From Octopus sinensis (taxonomy: Eukaryota), in assembly GCF_006345805.1 (NCBI RefSeq), contig NC_042997.1:43586001-43650000 (forward strand): 64,000 bases of DNA, in the 5' to 3' direction. Both the position numbers and the translations under genes were made by a program. Below, in pieces: positions 50,306 through 63,009 of the stretch; position 1 is the first letter of the stretch; every line of letters starts with the position of its first letter. The notes beneath the pieces are model-generated. The model searched no databases, was not told the origin of the DNA, and saw only the letters and a program-made list of their open reading frames with translations.

Positions 50306-50810
50306 GGCAATCTTTCGTCTCTAGTAGACCTTTCCGTCGATTTCCGTAAAAAGAATTTTTTTTTTTACATATGGGCTTGCGGGAACTTTTGAAGTAATGA
50401 AAGCGAAAGAGACTAAGAGAAAGCGATTGTATGACGAGGGAAGTTCTTTTGAAGTTACCGTGCATGTGAAGCATTGATGTACATGTGTGTGTGTGTGTTT
50501 GATGGGGTGTGGGAGACAGACAGTATGTTGTGTAAGTGAAGTGCTTCTGTTAGTGTGTGTGAAGAGACAGAGAGAGTAATGTGTGTAAGAAAGAGATAAC
50601 TGAAATTTTTTACTCGGTGTATGTGTATATGTATGTATATTACTTCAAAAGTTCCCGCAAGCCCATATGTAAAAAAAAAAATTATTACGGAAATCGACGG
50701 GAAGGTCTACTAGAGACGAAAGATCGCCCAATCCCGCAAGCCCATATGTAAAAAAAAAAAATTTTTTTACGGAAATCGACGGAAAGGTCTTCTAGAGACG
50801 AAAGATCACC
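50306..50810 (-). mobile_element. Merlin-like MITE, second copy, with duplicated right TIR
   Basis: Inverted relative to 16464-16897; 8-bp TSD CAATCTTC at 50298-50305 and 50811-50818. Confidence 0.9.
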
Positions 50811-51156
50811 CAATCTTCTACACTTCATACTTCCGTATTGAAAAGTCGACACAGACATAAGGACATACACATACACATACTTACAGGCACACACACACGC
50901 ACACACTTACATGCCCACACACGTACACACATACTCATAGGCACACACATACATGCACATACACACACACACACACACGAAACAACAACAGAAGTTCCCA
51001 CAGGAATCCCTTTCTAAATTCTTTCACAAATACTTGGAATTTTTCCCTTCCCATTTGAGTGACAAAAACCTCGCGTATTTGTTCAAATGATACTCTAAAA
51101 GTAATGAAACAACTGAATTTCCTCTACAAAATACTAGCTACATACATGCTTAATAC

Positions 51157-51325
51157 GAGCTGGCATGGTTGTGTGGCTTGGAAGCTTGATTTGCGACCAG
51201 GTGGGTCTGAGTTCAGTCCCCATTGTGCACGCAGTTACTGAGGAAGGCATCTACTAAAGCCCTAGTCTGACCGACGCTTCCAGAGAGAATTTGATAGATG
51301 GATACTGTTTGGAAACCTGTCACGT
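51157..51325 (+). mobile_element. Degenerate SINE B 5' half
   Basis: TGGTTGTGTGG A box and GAGTTCAGTCCC B box, then (TG)n. Confidence 0.65.
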
Positions 51326-51432
51326 GTGTGTGTGTCTGTCTGCCTGTGTGTGTATGTGTATGTGTATGTGCGTATGTGCGCGTGTGTGTATATATATGTG
51401 TGTGCATATATGTGAGTCTGTATATACATATA

Positions 51433-51462
51433 CTAGCAGAGATACCCGGTGTTCCTCGGGAT
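51433..51462 (-). mobile_element. Isolated Helitron 3' terminus
   Basis: Minus strand CCCGAGGAACACCGGG-tatctctg-CTAG|T, same architecture as the end at 42791. Confidence 0.6.
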
Positions 51463-51486
51463 TAAAATGGCATGGTTTTTTTTTAT

Positions 51487-51680
51487 TCTTTTACTTGTTT
51501 CGGTCATGTGACTGCGGCATTGTTGGGGCACTGACTTCAGACAACGAAATCGACCCCAGGATTCATTTTTGTAAGCCGAGTACTTACTCTATCGGTGTAC
51601 TTTGCCAAACGCCTAGGTTAAGGGGATGTAAACACAGCAACATCGGTTGTCAACCGATGGTGGGGCTACAAACAGGGATA
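51487..51680 (-). mobile_element. Degenerate SINE B 3' half
   Basis: TCTTTTACTTGTTTC...AAATCGACCCC...CATCGGTTGTCAA. Confidence 0.75.
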
Positions 51681-51737
51681 CACACACACACACATATATA
51701 TATATACACATATATATGCATATATATATACTTATAT

Positions 51738-51825
<88 letters not shown>

Positions 51826-51902
51826 TATATACTTATATATATATATATATATACATGTATATATATGTATATATATACATGCACATAAATATACATGTAT
51901 AG

Positions 51903-51943
<41 letters not shown>

Positions 51944-52155
51944 ACATATATACGTATATATACATACATATATATGTACGTATATTTATATATATACATA
52001 TATATATACCTATATACATACATATATATATATGCATATATATATCTATATCTATCTATCTATCTATCTATATATATATATATAGATACGCACACATATA
52101 TATGTATATTTACATATATGTGTATATGCATATATATATGTATACATAGATATAT
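51680..52155. repeat. (TA)n-rich tract
   Basis: Directly visible. Confidence 0.95.
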
Positions 52156-52189
52156 GGTGGTTGTCTACTCTTTATGCAGCGTTTGACCA

Positions 52190-53765
52190 CATCCTGTACC
52201 TATACCTTAGCACCATCATGGCATCTGATGTGGCTTTTTAAACCAGACAATGTTCTGAAAAGACACCCACATAGGTTACACATCCGATTCGGACCACCGA
52301 GAGCTGCAGATAAGTTCTGATCTTTGTGGAACTTAGAATGTCTTTTGAGGCCTCCGTTAGATTTGCAAACCTTCTGGCATACACCGCATTTAAAGGTATG
52401 CACAGACATATAGGCAGAATAGTTGTTGGAGGTTCGTTTTCCATGGGTTCACAAATGAGACTTGAGCCCAGCAAAAGAAAGGCATGGTCTGTCACAAACT
52501 GTGCATACAAAAATATCATTGTCATTCACCTTCTCGATCGTAATATTCATCCTTAGATCTCTTTTGAATCTTACATGCGTTATCCTGGCCTCTTCAAATG
52601 CTTTCACTCCACTCCACACTTTTGTTCGCCATCCAATTCGATCCAATTCGATCCGAAGCAAGTGACTTTATAGTAGTTCTTATGCTGTCCTTAAACCCTT
52701 TTTTAGGTCAACGCCGATAGCGTTTCCCCTCATAAATCACAATAAATCAGCTGTTTCGGCATGCGTTCATCCACCATTCTAACAATATGGTCACACCATC
52801 ACATTTAGTTCCTCAAATTCATAGCGTTAATTGAGGTGATGCCTGCAGATGCAAGGACATCTGTGTTTGTAGTAAAAGAACTCTATTTAATGTTTAAAAT
52901 GCGATGCAGGCATTTTTGGTGAAATTGTTCTAACAATTTAAAATGCCTTTCATAACAAGTCCAAGTTTCCCAAGAGAACAACAGGGATGGTAAGACAAAT
53001 GATTTGTGCCAGCTTTGTATTCTTATTTATGTGTCGCTGGCACCAAACATGTGACTCCAAGCCACCATTTGCTAATGCTTTTGCTGCCCTTTGAATTCGC
53101 AGATGTAGTTCTCTATCAAGATTTCCATCATTTTGTACAGAGCCTCCAAGGTAGATAAACGAATCGACAACCTCAAGTAACTTACCCTTAACAAAAATTT
53201 GGGTGGGGTTACAAACAGTACCACACGCAGGTTAATGCATTACAACTGTTATTTTCAAGTTGATGGTCAAACCCAAATCATCACAAGCTGAGTCAAATGC
53301 AGATACAAGAGAATGCAGACCTGTTTCAGAATGACTGACAAGATCACAATCGTCAGCGTACAAAAGTTCCCTAATGAGTGAAGTAAAAACCTTTGTTTTG
53401 AATTTCAGTCTGGTCACATTAAAAATATTCTCTGTTGGTCGATATTCTATGTAAATACCCTTCTCAAAGTTTTGAAAAGCATGTGACAACACAACAGCAA
53501 AGTATATTGCAAAGAGGGTGGGTGCATCAAGGTCTCCTTGCTTTACACCATTTTCCACGGCAAAGGCATCAGAGAGCCTACCACCAAAGTTAACTCTAGC
53601 TTTCATATCTTGATGCAAAGCCCTGATCATGTTTACAAATTTTGGGGGGCAACCTATTTTCCTTAGAATTAACCACAGAGCATTTCGATTAACAGTATCG
53701 AATGCTTTGCTCAAATCAACAAAGCAGTGGTATAGAGCAAGATTCTGTTCAATGCACTTTTCTTG
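52190..53765 (-). mobile_element. RTE-clade LINE, RT to 3' end, with three C2H2 fingers
   Basis: FVDLSKAFDTVNR, GVKQGDLDAPTLF, LLYADD; C-terminal CxxC-x12-H-x3-H repeats. Confidence 0.93.
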
Positions 53766-53843
53766 GGAGAGAAAAAACAGAAAGAAAGAAGAATAAGAGA
53801 GGGAGAATAGAGATAGTTGTAGAGTGCGCATCGGAATTATTAA

Positions 53844-54311
53844 GATAAAACTTTCTTGGAAATGGATGCATGGCGTTCGATCATATAATAATATAATATA
53901 ATATAATATAATATAATATAATATAATATAATATAATATATATATGTGTGTGTGTGTGTGCATATATACATACATATATGTACATACCTACATATATATA
54001 TATATGTATATATACATAAGTATATGGGTAGAGGACGTTAAAAAAACGTGAACAAAATGAAAAGCGAGAACATAAAATAACAAAAACATATATACATATA
54101 CGACTATTTTAACGAAGTCGCATCTTGTCCCAACGTTCGAAACGCGGAGTAGATAAAACAGGGGACAACTGATGAAGGGATTGTTCTTTATGTTGCTTGT
54201 CTCGCTTCTCCATTTGTTTATATCGTGGTTCGAAAAAAAAGTTCGTTTTCCATGTTTTGTTTTTTATTTTCTCGTTTATCATTTTGTTCACGTTTTTCTG
54301 ACGTCCTGTGT

Positions 54312-54366
<55 letters not shown>

Positions 54367-54480
54367 TACATGTGTGTGTGTGTAGGTATATACATATATG
54401 TATTATATATGCAAATGCATATATTATTTATATTATTATATGATCGAACGCCACGCATCCATTTCCAAGTAAGTTTTATC
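53844..54480. repeat. Large imperfect palindrome with microsatellite spacers
   Basis: 53844-53890 is inverted at about 54434-54480; about 54032-54089 is inverted at about 54252-54307. Confidence 0.8.
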
Positions 54481-54488
54481 TATATATA

Positions 54489-54558
<70 letters not shown>

Positions 54559-54860
54559 CACACACACACACATGTATATATACATACATAATATACATCT
54601 ATATATATATATACACATATGTACACATATATACATGCATACGTACATATATATATATATACATATATATTTACGTATATATATACACACATATATATAC
54701 ATATATATACATATATATACATATATATATATATATACATATATATATACACATATATACATCTATATATATACATACATATTTACACATATATAGATAC
54801 ACATATATACATGCATACATACATACACGCATACAACATACATATATACATATATGTATA
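54481..54860. repeat. (TA)n/(TACA)n tract
   Basis: Directly visible. Confidence 0.95.
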
Positions 54861-54930
54861 CATCAGGACAGATCGTTAGCCACTAGACACACTTTTTTCT
54901 CTCCTTGTTTCTCTCCTTTTTCCTGTGTCC

Positions 54931-54966
54931 CTTTCTGTGGAAGAGCGTAGGCTCGAAACATAAAAT
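54931..54966 (+). ncRNA. Minimal hammerhead-like motif, variant core CUGUGGA-A
   Basis: CTTT-CTGTGGA-A-GAGC-gtag-GCTC-GAAA-CA-TA-AAA; homologous to 34102-34139. Confidence 0.5.
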
Positions 54967-55050
54967 ACTTTTTCTATCCCTGAGCGTTATACTAATACAC
55001 CTGTTTGTTTTGTACACCTGTCTTCGTCTTTTGTTTTTTTCGTAAACTCT

Positions 55051-55086
<36 letters not shown>

Positions 55087-55088
<2 letters not shown>

Positions 55089-55607
55089 AATGTAGGATAA
55101 AATTTTTTCGAAATTTTATTAAAAAAATACCTTTAAAGGTTAAATTTTAAAATAACTTATAAAATAAGGGCAAAAGAAAAATTCTAATGCCAAATATGCC
55201 GAAAATAGACAAATTGTCAATAACCATTATAATTTATATTTTATGCGTCTCGAAACAAGCCGATAGAAATTTCTAAAAAGTTCCGTTATTACCGTATTGG
55301 TCCCAATTTCAAAATTAATTCATAGGAATTAGTGCTTGCTTTTTCCATGGGTATGAGTAAGTATTTCATTTGGGACCAATACGGTAATAACGGAATTTTT
55401 TAGAAATTTCTATCGGCTTGTTTCGAGACGCATAAATTATAAATCATAATGGTTATTGACATTTTGTCTATTTTCGGCACATTTGGCATTAGAATTTTTC
55501 TTTTGCCCTTATTTTCTAAGTTATTTATAAATTTAATCTTTAAAGGTATTTTTTAATATGCTGACCATTGATAAAATTTTTTTCGAAAAAATTTTATCCT
55601 ACATTAG
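55087..55607. mobile_element. MITE/foldback element with about 220-bp TIRs in (TA)n
   Basis: CTAATGTAGGATAAAATT...GGTCCCAA (55087-55306) inverted at 55370-55607. Confidence 0.9.
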
Positions 55608-55622
55608 ATATATATATATATA

Positions 55623-56700
55623 TGTAGTGAATCTTGCATGCATGATCCACCATACCCAAATTTAAATTAACACTGCAACAGAACTTTTCCCACGATGGGA
55701 CAATGGTTTTTCTCTGACAGCAGTTTTACATCTTCCAGATGCCTTTAGCTAGGCCGAAATAATGTCTTCACCACTTGACCCTTTCTAACTTCTTCTACTT
55801 TACCAAAAGCTAGAATAGAGATAACAAGACCACCAACTAAATCTATTGTTCTCAGTGATATATCTATCCTTCTGGATAGTTATATAAGCCAGCACATCCC
55901 AAGCAAAAATTAGTTTGTCACAGTCGTGACGACTCAACGAAGTTAGTCATCTTGGTGACAAACTCGTGAGTTGAGAGAGAGCTAATATCAGTTAGTGAAC
56001 CGACCACTAGAATCATGGAGGCAGGCAGACAAAACGGCCAGAGGGAAAAAGAAAGACAACGTCCCACACTCTCTCACTCTCACTAGCTCTAATTCTGTTC
56101 TCTCACAACATCATTCTATCTCTCTCTGTATTTAATACTAAACAGTGAAGAGGACACAAACACAAACTTTACTTCGGATGCATTTGGATTTATAATAAGC
56201 TGTTCGTCGAGGCAAGGTATTGTGACGTAACGGTAAATAAATACTTCCTTAAAACTTCATGCATTGTTCATCTTTCACATCCTACAGTTAGCAATTATAA
56301 CAACAAATCTTTATCGTTACAATTGGTGACCCGTGAAAAAGAATTGCTGCCTTCTGAAACTGCATTACCAACAGTCACAACTGTCAACACCGAGCAAAAG
56401 AATCGATGCCTTTTGAAGCTGCATTACCAACAACTTGGTGAACCCGTGTAAAGAGAATTACTACCTTCCGACGCTACATGTCGCTGCATTTTTACTGATT
56501 CGAACTAAAGGACTAGAATATCTACAGTCACTAAACCAAAGGAAAACGAATGACAACCTTCGTCACCACCAAAATGCACCCTCCATCGACCTGCTACAGA
56601 GAGCACTATTCTGCGATGCAATCTACAATGCACTTCACAACAATGCAACACAGCCGACGCATAGAAACTTCAAGCATTACGTGACCAATACTGTCTAACA
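55623..56700 (+). mobile_element. LTR retrotransposon 5' remnant (LTR end + PBS)
   Basis: AATAAA, then GTTACA ending at 56321, then PBS-like TGGTGACCCG at 56324-56333; both outer boundaries uncertain. Confidence 0.5.
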
Positions 56701-57549
56701 GAGAAACTTAATATCATTTGCCACTCCTATCTTGAACAAAAGAAATTAACTTATTTTGACCCGGTGGCACATGTCCCAGTAATTTCTCATAAATTTACAG
56801 TCAGACTCTCTCCTAATATACTAGTTGAGTGAGAAATAGCTAATGTCGTAAGTAGAAAATTTTCAATAAATTAAAATATGAGGAGAGGAAAACGTTGGCT
56901 CATTGCTTAATGTTAATTAAATTTCGTTGTGGTAAAAGGCAACTACACCAGAATTTCAATAGCTTTAATTTTGTATTGTATATGCAATAAGAAAGTGGTA
57001 ATTTGATAATAAATTTTAATCTAATCTGATATTTGGCAATCCAGCAGTTATTCTAGATATGTTTCATGCTTATATACCCTATTCAGCAATGCAAAAGTTT
57101 TCCCAGTGCTTACCTGATCTAAAGATAACGGTTTATTTATATCTTGATGTACATAAAATTACAGGAGCATACCACTAGTACTTAATGAATAGTAACTGTT
57201 ATCAGAATTCAGTGATTGTCATAAAGTATGCCATGGGCAATGGAAATCCTACAGCTATTATCAGTCAACCAATTTTAATTCACTAATGAATACAGTTAAC
57301 TAAGGGTCAAATGAATGAAAACTTAGACCTGGATATGAAATCCGGTTTTTTTTCCGCCAGAAAAAGAATGGCGGTACCTATAGTCTTATTTCAAGAAACA
57401 GACGGACAATGAGAGGAAGTTGTACTTAGACTATTGCTTGCTCATAAGGGCTGAGTGACAGCGTAAAAGTGGACAATAAGTAAATCCTATCATCACACAG
57501 CAGGAGTGGTACTTCCAATGGACTGTTACACTGTCTTGCTTACACCTTC

Positions 57550-59610
57550 TTGCTTACAAATTTGGTCCACCCTCCCCAAAGCTTCATGAAAATTCGGTGG
57601 ATCAACATAGATTTTATTAGCACAAATCAAGGGAGCTTAACAGCTTTAATGAGCTTCAGTTCTTTATTCAATCACCACCTTCTATTTACCTGTCTGTGTG
57701 AAACTTTTCTTACACTTTTCCATTTAATTTCTGGATTTTCTTGAATCAACTGGGTACGAAACTATCGCTTGAATATAATAATTTAAGCCCCAGTTGCTGC
57801 TCTGGATTAGATATAGTAGGTCATATTTCTATAAATATAGTTAATATATCTCCTATCTCCTACTGTGGTGTCATCATAGGAGATATTTTAGCCCTTTGCC
57901 TGTCCAAAGCATTTCCATAATTGATCCTAAACGTCCATGCTTGCTTTCAGATTTTTAGTTAGCTCCTGTTCCATTCGTTCTGAATAGTAAAAAGCCTTCC
58001 TTTCGTAGGTCCCAAGTCACTTTGGTGTCTGAAAAGAAGAGAAAAAGGAACGTGTATCACGTATGGTGCATGGACGCTAGGGAAATAGGTTCAGTATATC
58101 ACTTGCGATACACAGGAAAGGCAAAGAGTTAATGCTCGTTTTCCTTTGTTAACAATTTATAATATCTCTTGTTCAGGTGAACTTGATATAAATACATTTC
58201 AGAATAATCTTGGTCTAACGCAAATTGAAAGTCCAGCAACCCGAACAAGTGGAAATATAACGTCATGCCTCAGTTTTGTTATTAGAGGCACATCTGATAT
58301 CATTATGCAGAAGTTAAGTTAATCCTCTGATCTGCACCTCTGATCACGTAGTGATTTTTGGTTCATTTCAGCCGTTGATTTCTTGTCTTCTAATACAATA
58401 TTTCTAATTGTCAATGATTCTATTTCTCTAAATTACTCTCCTGTATTTATTGGAATTTAATTCTTTCCTGGAATAAATTCAAAATAATTTATTTTGACAA
58501 ATTCAAATGTTAATTCTTGATCAAAACGAAGGCACTCTAGGAATCGTTTTCCTGTGAGTAACCGTTTTTCAATGCAACTAAACGTAAAGCTGACAATGTA
58601 GGAACTTTGGAATTACATGCATCTAACAAATTACACAATTTCTAACTTGCTTTGGCCAAAGTTAGGTAATTAATGACATGATTATGTTAGAGGCAATAAA
58701 GCTATGAATTTCTAATCACTAGTACCAATGTATCCGCTAGGATGAAATAAACCCTATAAATTGGCACAAGTTAGCCTCATATCTTGGCAAGAAAGCTTCT
58801 GCGTCCATTCCGCCGCTTGTATATAATAACATTACCACCACAGAGCCACACACCAAGGCTAATCTTAATTATTACCTGTAAAGAATCTATCAGATCCGCA
58901 GCCTTCTTTGAACTTCTTTCTGCTAACCATAAACTTCTATCAGATATGTCTTTTCCGTTCAGGATATTGAAGAAATTTAGCATTCACGCGATTGCTCCGT
59001 ACCCACGAAGCCAGGTGGAATTAGAAACTCGGTTGATGTAGCTCACTGTCTACACCTTTGTTTTTACTATTCTGTCAATCAATTAATAAAGGTAAAATTC
59101 CTGCAGAATGGAGGTCTGCCATTGATTTACCAATCTTCAAATATATAGACTGTAAATCCGATCCTAACAGCTTCAGACTTTTATTTCAAACGTTGAAGTT
59201 ATCACACTTCCAGGGGCACACTTACTGTATTGATTTGTTAATTGGTGAATGTATTTCTGACTTTAACCTATTTTTTAGTCTTTCCGCGAAGAACCTTGTC
59301 TCTTCACCAATTACTTCAAACGTTGGCAAACTGCTACAGCATTTAATCAATTACGCAATCTTGGATTTCTCATGCTCTAATAATTTGATTTCCTCTTCTC
59401 AATTTAGATTTCTACCTCTCCACTCAACCACAGATCAACTCAGCCTATTTATTCGCCAAACGTCTTATCTTCCCAATAAAAGTGCTGCCTCTATCGTTCT
59501 TCTTCATTTGGCTGCAGTTTTGTTTTTATAAATATTGTACTGCAGCTGTTATTCAAAATTTTATTTACGGAATTCAAGGTCGTCTTTTTAGATGATGAGA
59601 CAACTTTCTC
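57550..59610 (+). mobile_element. Old APE-RT LINE (CR1/L2/Jockey group), degenerate ORF2
   Basis: CLCETFL, SDH, GKIPAEWRSA...PIFK, SNNLISSSQFRF...STTDQL. Confidence 0.7.
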
Positions 59611-60054
59611 CTCGGAAAACACGTGGGAATGGACGCATGAAAGTTAAATAAAAACGAGGTGAGGGATGACTTTATACAATGAATATACTCAGCAAGTCAA
59701 ATGCATGTGGGTGCAAATACTTCTCAATTTCCAGGACGTGCTTTTTTTTGCATGTTCAATGCCTTGTAATACATTTTTAGCTATCTTTTGTTATGTTTTT
59801 ATCAATAAATAGTTACTTCTTTATTTATTATATTTCTGTATTATATTTTATTTAGTTGTCATAATATACTATACAGTATAGATTAATTTACAGTATACTA
59901 CAGAGGAAGGATGGTTCAGTATTCTCGTTGAATACATGGAAGTTAGGGAATGGCATAGTAGCCACCGAGTGGCTTTATGAAGACTGATGTAACGTCATGT
60001 GACGTTAAGTTGAGTGTGTCCATGGATACAGATTCTCGCATTTCTCTGCATTCG

Positions 60055-60263
60055 CTTCAAATTTTGGCACAAGGTCAACAATTTGAAGGAGAGGGTAAAT
60101 CGATTAGATCGACCCCAGTACTCAACTGGTACTTATTTTATCGACCTCAAAAGGATGAAAGGCAAAATCAACTACGGCAGAATTTCAATTCAGAACGTAG
60201 CGACGGACGAAATGCCGCTAAGCATTTTGTCCGGCGTACTAACGATTCTGCCAGCTCGCTACC
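60055..60263 (-). mobile_element. SINE family C
   Basis: Reverse complement of the family C sequence. Confidence 0.85.
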
Positions 60264-60699
60264 TTCGCACTTTCATGCATTTGGGAGAAGATTGAGTGAA
60301 GTTGCTATTTTGTTCATTGTTTGAGGTGATGTGTTTCGAGAAAACTCTGCAGATCAGATGGGGGGGGGCCTGCGGAATGAACGAATACGTCTGGAAAGCG
60401 ATGGTAGCAGAATGAAAGTTTACTACGATGGTCAGACTGCAAAAATTGCAATACTATGGCCACGTTACGGGTGGGAGAACAAAAAACAGCTTCGCGAAAG
60501 ATAAAGACGAAGATGGAGCTATGACGTCAAAGACAGAATGAGAAGGATCCTGAAGAGTTGTGGCTATTTCTAAGGGTCTGACCTTCAGTCAGGATGGGCA
60601 TATTCCTTCCTTCCTTCTTTCAGTCAGTCATTGTTGTCGTAAAATAATACAGAATTTACCAGTAAGCTTGTAATTGATTTTAATATAATTATGGTGTAA

Positions 60700-61310
60700 C
60701 ATGAACCATTCTCACTTATCAATCTTGCAAAGTGTGTCGTTTGAATCAGTGTCAGTAAGTTAACTGGGCATAGCAGAGATTATGAGATAGGTGCTCTTCT
60801 ACTGCCCTACATTTTCTTCAATCATGAATCAGCCCCAAAGAAGTGAGTATTATTTTGTATTTTTCCTTAGCAAGAAAGTGATGCTATTGAATTATGCCTC
60901 TTCCTCACAAAGTGGCACTGCTGGGGATCGTAGAGGACTTAACTTATTTCCAGAATTTTCACTAAGGGTGTTATGATAGTTTTGGAACAACAGCCTCTGG
61001 AACGTAGTGCTGCTGTCGTTGGTTATCCTGCAGTCAACTGCTCTTTCTTTCACTGCATTTTCAGGTCCTCTGGACAGAAAGCCCTTAAATGGCTTTTACT
61101 TCATATGTGTGAAGACTGGGTTGTCTTTTCTGGACCACGAGTTTCATTGTTCGTGTTTCTGCACTCACGACAGAACACAACGCCGGATTGACTGTGCGGC
61201 GTTAAGGAGTTATAACGGCTTGCAAATCCATGTTGACTCCACTCAAATACCTGTCCTTGTCGCCTCTGCACGAACAACTCGTCCTTCCTGTGTTGCAAAG
61301 GTAACTATGA
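60700..61310 (-). mobile_element. Very degenerate RTE-like LINE fragment
   Basis: Weak minus-strand similarity to the post-RT region (YL...SAETRTMK). Confidence 0.35.
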
Positions 61311-61339
61311 GTTAATAAATCAATAATATTCCAAATTAA

Positions 61340-61550
61340 GGCGGCGATCTGGTAGGACCGTTAGCACGCCGGGCAAAATTTTTTGCGGCATTTCATCCGT
61401 CTTTATGTTTTGAGTTCAAATTCTGCAATGGTCTACTTTGCTTTTTTTCCTTTCGGGGTCGATAAAATAAGTACCAGTTGAGCCCTGGAATCGATGTAAT
61501 CGACTTGCCTCCTCCATCAAAACTGATGACTTTGTGCAGAAATGGGAAAC
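61340..61550 (+). mobile_element. SINE family C
   Basis: GGCGGCGATCTGG head plus central domain. Confidence 0.8.
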
Positions 61551-61602
61551 CAATAATATCCCCAAATATCTCTAACAGTTACCTTCGTGTTGCACTGACC
61601 CG

Positions 61603-61994
61603 GGGAGGCGCAATGGCCCAGTGGTTAGGGCAGCGGACTCGCGGTCATAGGATCGCGGTTTCGATTCCCAGACCGGGCGTTGTGAGTGTTTATTGAGCGA
61701 AAACACCTAAAGCTCCACGAGGCTCCGGCAGGGGATGGTGGTGATCCCTGCTGTACTCTTTCACTACAACTTTCTCTCACTCTTACTTCCTGTTTCTATT
61801 GTACCTGTATTTCAAAGGGCCGGCCTTGTCACTCTCTGTGTCACGCTGAATATCCCCGAGAACTACGTTAAGGGTACACGTGTCTGTGGAGTGCTCAGCC
61901 ACTTACACGTTAATTTCACGAGCAGGCTGTTCCGTTGATCGGATCAACCGGAACCCTCGTCGTCGTAACCGACGGAGTGCTAGAAGAAGAAGAA
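61603..61994 (+). mobile_element. SINE family A with (AGA)n tail and TSD
   Basis: GCACTGACCC at 61592-61601 and GCATTGACCC at 61995-62004. Confidence 0.93.
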
Positions 61995-62448
61995 GCATTG
62001 ACCCATGTATTGCGGTATAAACCTATTTCTAGTGGCCGTTTGCCTCGCCCTTGGTACTAAAATGTAGGTACACATTCCTGCAGACTATGTTTCGCTCGAT
62101 GGGTAAGATCTGTCCCGCACTTCAGCCAAAGTGTCCTTCAGTCCAGTCTTAGTGACCATATGGCAGAGACATATCAATTTTTTCCTTGTCTGTTCTTCGA
62201 CGAATTCATCAAACAAAGAGACAGAGTCTCTGATAACACATTTCTGTGCTTTTCCCAATTATCAGTCGTCTTCTGTAGAATACTAACGTGCAAGTTCCAT
62301 TGGCCACATTATTTATCTATTTACAATCAACATCTTAAAGAAATTATGAGAAACACGGTAACGAAGTAGAAATAAAATATGTTGCCAAGATAGACTCGAT
62401 CTGTTTTCTTTAAATTTTTATTTATTTATCGTATCTTCATTAAGATTC

Positions 62449-62842
62449 TTTTCTACTCTAGGCACAAGGCCCGACATTTTGGGAGAGGGGGCCAGTCGAT
62501 TAGATCAACTCCAGTATGCTATTGGTACTAATTTATCGACCTCGAAAGTATGAAAGGCAAAGTCAACCTCGGCGGAATTTGAACTTATAACGTTCAGACA
62601 GACGAAATACCTATTTCTTTACAATCCACAAGGGGCTAAACACAGAGAGGACAAACAAGGACAGACAAACGGATTAAGTCGATTACATCGACCCCAGTGC
62701 GTAACTGGTACTTAATTTATCGACCCCGAAGGGATGAAAGGCAAAGTCGACCTCGGCGCAATTTGAACTCAGAACGTAGCGGCAGACGAAATACGGCTAC
62801 GCATTTCGCCCGGCGTGCTAACGTTTCTGCCAGCTCGCCGCC
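62449..62842 (-). mobile_element. Dimeric SINE C with 18-bp TSD
   Basis: GTATCTTCATTAAGATTC at 62431-62448 and GTATCTTCAGTAAGATTC at 62845-62862. Confidence 0.92.
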
Positions 62843-63009
62843 TGGTATCTTCAGTAAGATTCAAATTAAGATTAGTTACGGATGACCAGGTAGCGGTATT
62901 TAGTTTCATCCATTTATATTGTGTGTAGAAATTCCACCGGAGACATTTTGTCTATGAATCCTCTAGAGTCCTTTCACAAAGAATATATATATATATATAA
63001 AACTTTGAT

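Noticed and set aside
51157-51680. Oppositely oriented SINE B halves as a twin-priming product
   Set aside because: The 3' tail faces inward, which does not fit twin priming; two separate decayed copies are more likely.
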